This document shows positions 61,242-64,000 of a DNA stretch of 64,000 bases, one piece after another. This DNA is from Podarcis vaucheri (lineage: Eukaryota). Numbering within the stretch: position 1 is the first letter of the stretch; every line of letters starts with the position of its first letter. The position numbers were made by a program, and so were the translations under genes. The DNA is taken from assembly GCA_965113315.1 (NCBI GenBank), contig OZ220365.1; one strand, written 5' to 3'. Below the pieces are notes generated by a model, which made no database searches, was not told the origin of the DNA, and saw nothing but the letters and a program-made list of their open reading frames with translations.

Positions 61242-61774
61242 ATGGCAGGACAGAGTCTCAACAAAGATGTGCTCTCCCAAGCCCACATTTCCAGCATGCT
61301 CAAATCACTGTCTCAGTGAGGTCTATGCTGGCTTGGTCATGTCCACAGAATGGAAGATGGCAGGATCCCCAAGGACATGCTCTACGGGGAGCTGGCATCA
61401 TGCATCAGGCCAGTTGGCAGGCAAGCTCTGTGTTACAAAGATGTCTGCAAACATAACATGAAGGCAGGCAACATTAAACTTGCCCTGTGGGAATCCCTTG
61501 CAGACGACCACAACGCCTGGAGACAATCAGTCAGGTCATCTATCCACAGCAGTGACCAAAGGAGGAATGACTGCTGGGAGGAGCGCAAAAAGAAGAAACG
61601 CCATGGTGCACCTACACCAGCGCAACCAGACACCTACATCTGCCACAGTTGCAACAAAACATGTAGCTCCTATATCGGTCTCTACAACCACAGCAGGCAC
61701 TGCAACTCTCCAACAGTTTGAGTTCACCCCTGAAGGCACACTCTTCTATTGAGACAGATGGATGCCAACAACCA
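61242..61774 (+). mobile_element. RTE-clade LINE 3' fragment with C-terminal zinc finger
   Basis: WQDRVS..WLGHVHRMEDGRIPKDMLYGEL..CYKDVCK..WESLA.D..AWR..YICHSCNKTCSSYIGLYNHSRHC; 3' end GATGGATGCCAACAAC. Possible TSD CATGAGCAC / CATCAGCAC. Confidence 0.9.
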
Positions 61775-62284
61775 CATCAGCACTATAGCAATATCTCAAC
61801 AGTCTTTATTATTTGAATGCAATACTTTTTGCAGAAATGATGCTCGTTTCCTTAAGTAGAAAGAAAGATTTGCTGCTAACCTACAAAAACGTAAGTTGAT
61901 TTCATTATTACCCATGCATGATTTTCTTTCTTTTTGTACTCTGTTACAGACAGAAGGCTTTTTTTTGCAGGGGGGGAGGGGACACTGGACAGTAAGTCCA
62001 CAAAGCTCTTGCATATGTCTTCAATTGAAGGAAATGTTGCCTGCCAAACTTAAACCAAGTTGATCATAGGCTTGTTTGGTGTGTTGTTTTTTTTAAAAAA
62101 AACCCCAACCTTAACACTACCACCAAGAATATTCTAAAAGCAAGTGAAGGAATCCAGTTGCTATGGAAGCAAATTAAACAAATAAATGAGCTACCATGAA
62201 ATGCTAATATATAAATACATATTGTGGTCTGATTAAGTCATTTTTGCCACATTTGTTAATTGTAAATAGGCAGGTTTTAGCTTA

Positions 62285-63010
62285 CTAAGCAGGATTCAAA
62301 GTGCAATGGAGAACATTACTTTTTTTAGTAAAAAAAAACTTTGTAAATTGATCTGAATGCTTACCAAGGAAGGAATCTGAAGGTAACGCTATGCTATTTG
62401 CTACATGTGCAAAGGATAGTTGACAAGGAACTGGTGTGCTAAAGGAGGATAAGGAAACTGCATAGAAGCCTAATGATTTATTTGCATCTGTCTTCACAGT
62501 GGAGGATGTAGAGTACATCCCTGTGCCTTAACTATTTCAGGAAAGGAGTCTGAGGAACTAAGGAAAATAGTGGTAACAAGACTCTAACTCTTTTGCCTTA
62601 CTGACAAATGGGCAAACCACCAGGTTCAAATGGCATCCATCTAAGAGTCATCAAAGAACTCAAATTTGAAATTGTTGATCTTCTACCCAAAATATGTAAC
62701 TTGTCCCTAAGGTCAGTAGCCATCAGAGGACTGGAAAGTGGCCAATGTAACACCAGTTTGTTTGTTTTTAAATAAAAGGGATCCAGGAAATTATAGGTAG
62801 GTTAGCTTAACATCTGTTCTGGGAAAACTGATGGAAAGCATTAGTAAAGATAGAATTTAAAAGCATTTAGAAAAACAAGTCTTGGTGAAGTAGAGGCAGC
62901 ATGGGTTCTGCAGACATACGTATGATCTATCTAACCTCTTAGATGTATCAACAGGTATCTATGCAAACTGGGTAAATGGGAAATACAACTCAATGTAAGT
63001 AAGTGTGAAG
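62285..63010 (+). mobile_element. CR1 LINE internal ORF2 fragment
   Basis: Remnants FASVFT, GIHLRVIKEL, DWKVANVTP, GNYR.VSLTSVLGKLME and QHGFC. Confidence 0.85.
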
Positions 63011-63279
63011 TAATATACACTCATCTCTTCTTGACCACTTCAATACGGACCTTCAAAAGTGCACTGCTGTATATAAGCTATGATAAGCCAGAATGTAAAG
63101 AGGTTAATTTAATCAGAAATGGCCACATTGCTATTATTTTTTTTTAATTAAATTTGTATACTGTCCTTCATCTGTTGATCTCAGGCAGTTCACAGCATAA
63201 AAATACAAGATAAAAGCACATTATCATTTAACCCCTATATACTGTGTGTCTTTATATATACACATATCTATCTCTCTGT

Positions 63280-63582
63280 TTTTCTTAAAGAAATCAGCCC
63301 TGAGTGCTCACTGGAAGGACAGATCCTGAAGCTGAGGCTCCAATACTTTGGCCACCTCATGAGAAGAGAAGACTCCCTGGAAAAGACCCTGATGTTGTGA
63401 AAGATGGAGGGCACAAGGAGAAGGGGACGACAGAGGACAAGATGGTTGGATAGTGTTCTCGAAGCTACCAGCATGAGTTTGACCAAACTGCGGGAGGCAG
63501 TGGAAGACAGAAGTGCCTGGTGTGCTCTGGTCCATGGGGTCACGAAGAGTCAGACACGACTAAACAACTAAACAACAACAAC
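63280..63582 (+). mobile_element. BovB (RTE) LINE, 5'-truncated 3' end
   Basis: LKEISPECSLEGQILKLRLQYFGHLMRREDSLEKTLML*KMEGTRRRGRQRTRWLD..AWCALVHGVTKSQTRLN; (CAA)n tail. TSD ATCTCTCTGT at 63270-63279 and 63583-63592. Confidence 0.95.
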
Positions 63583-64000
63583 ATCTCTCTGTGTGTACAG
63601 AGTGTTATTTATCTACCTTTTCTATATCACTGTTACTATTTCCACTTAATATGCATTATCAGAAAATTAAAGCAGAAATTTTAGTACAACTGTGGCAGAT
63701 TCTTACTTAGCACATGTCATTTAACTGTCAAAGTCCCAGATATAATATCCTGTGTTGGAAACTGCCCTGCGATTACTATGTTTGTTTGTTTTAGTAACCT
63801 AATTTATATCTCAAACAACATAGCAACATGCTGTGGTGGGTGGGGCTGTGGAATCTACAAAACGAATTCCATTAATTCTGATCACATGTTCTGAAGATAA
63901 AATTTATTTAAAATTAGTTGGTTTTTCAAACACAGGCACAAATATGACCAAGAACCTGGTTCTGTGCTAGATGCTTTGGAAGCTGATCCAGTAGCCTATG

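Noticed and set aside
1-64000. CRISPR arrays, operons, rRNA/tRNA genes or a novel multi-gene system
   Set aside because: This is vertebrate non-coding DNA with no regularly spaced repeat-spacer array. The tRNA-like boxes belong to SINE heads, and the remaining short ORFs show no recognisable homology.

Overview
This is eukaryotic genomic DNA from a squamate reptile, most likely a lacertid lizard. That assignment is inferred from the Sauria SINEs, BovB, and squamate-type CR1/L2/MITE families. The window looks intronic or intergenic, and I recognised no intact protein-coding gene, RNA gene or CRISPR array. The main gene-derived feature is an intronless, multiply disabled retrocopy of PMPCA (mitochondrial processing peptidase alpha) on the minus strand (CDS about 5147-6974). 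A Sauria SINE with a perfect 14-bp target-site duplication splits it. The rest is a mosaic of transposable elements: L1, CR1, L2 and three distinct RTE-clade LINE 3' fragments (including BovB), two Sauria SINEs, other tRNA-derived SINEs, Tc1/mariner(pogo)-type, hAT-type and Harbinger-like MITEs, and a 354-bp solo LTR with a 4-bp TSD. Microsatellites and short tandem duplications are also present. The most interesting non-obvious signals are a near-consensus CTCF motif inside a MITE, a second strong CTCF motif beside a SINE, the solo LTR with promoter motifs, a promoter-like motif cluster just upstream of the PMPCA retrocopy, and a 99-nt candidate exon. I found no convincing evidence of a novel multi-gene system. 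Repeat family names come from recalled consensus features, not a database search.
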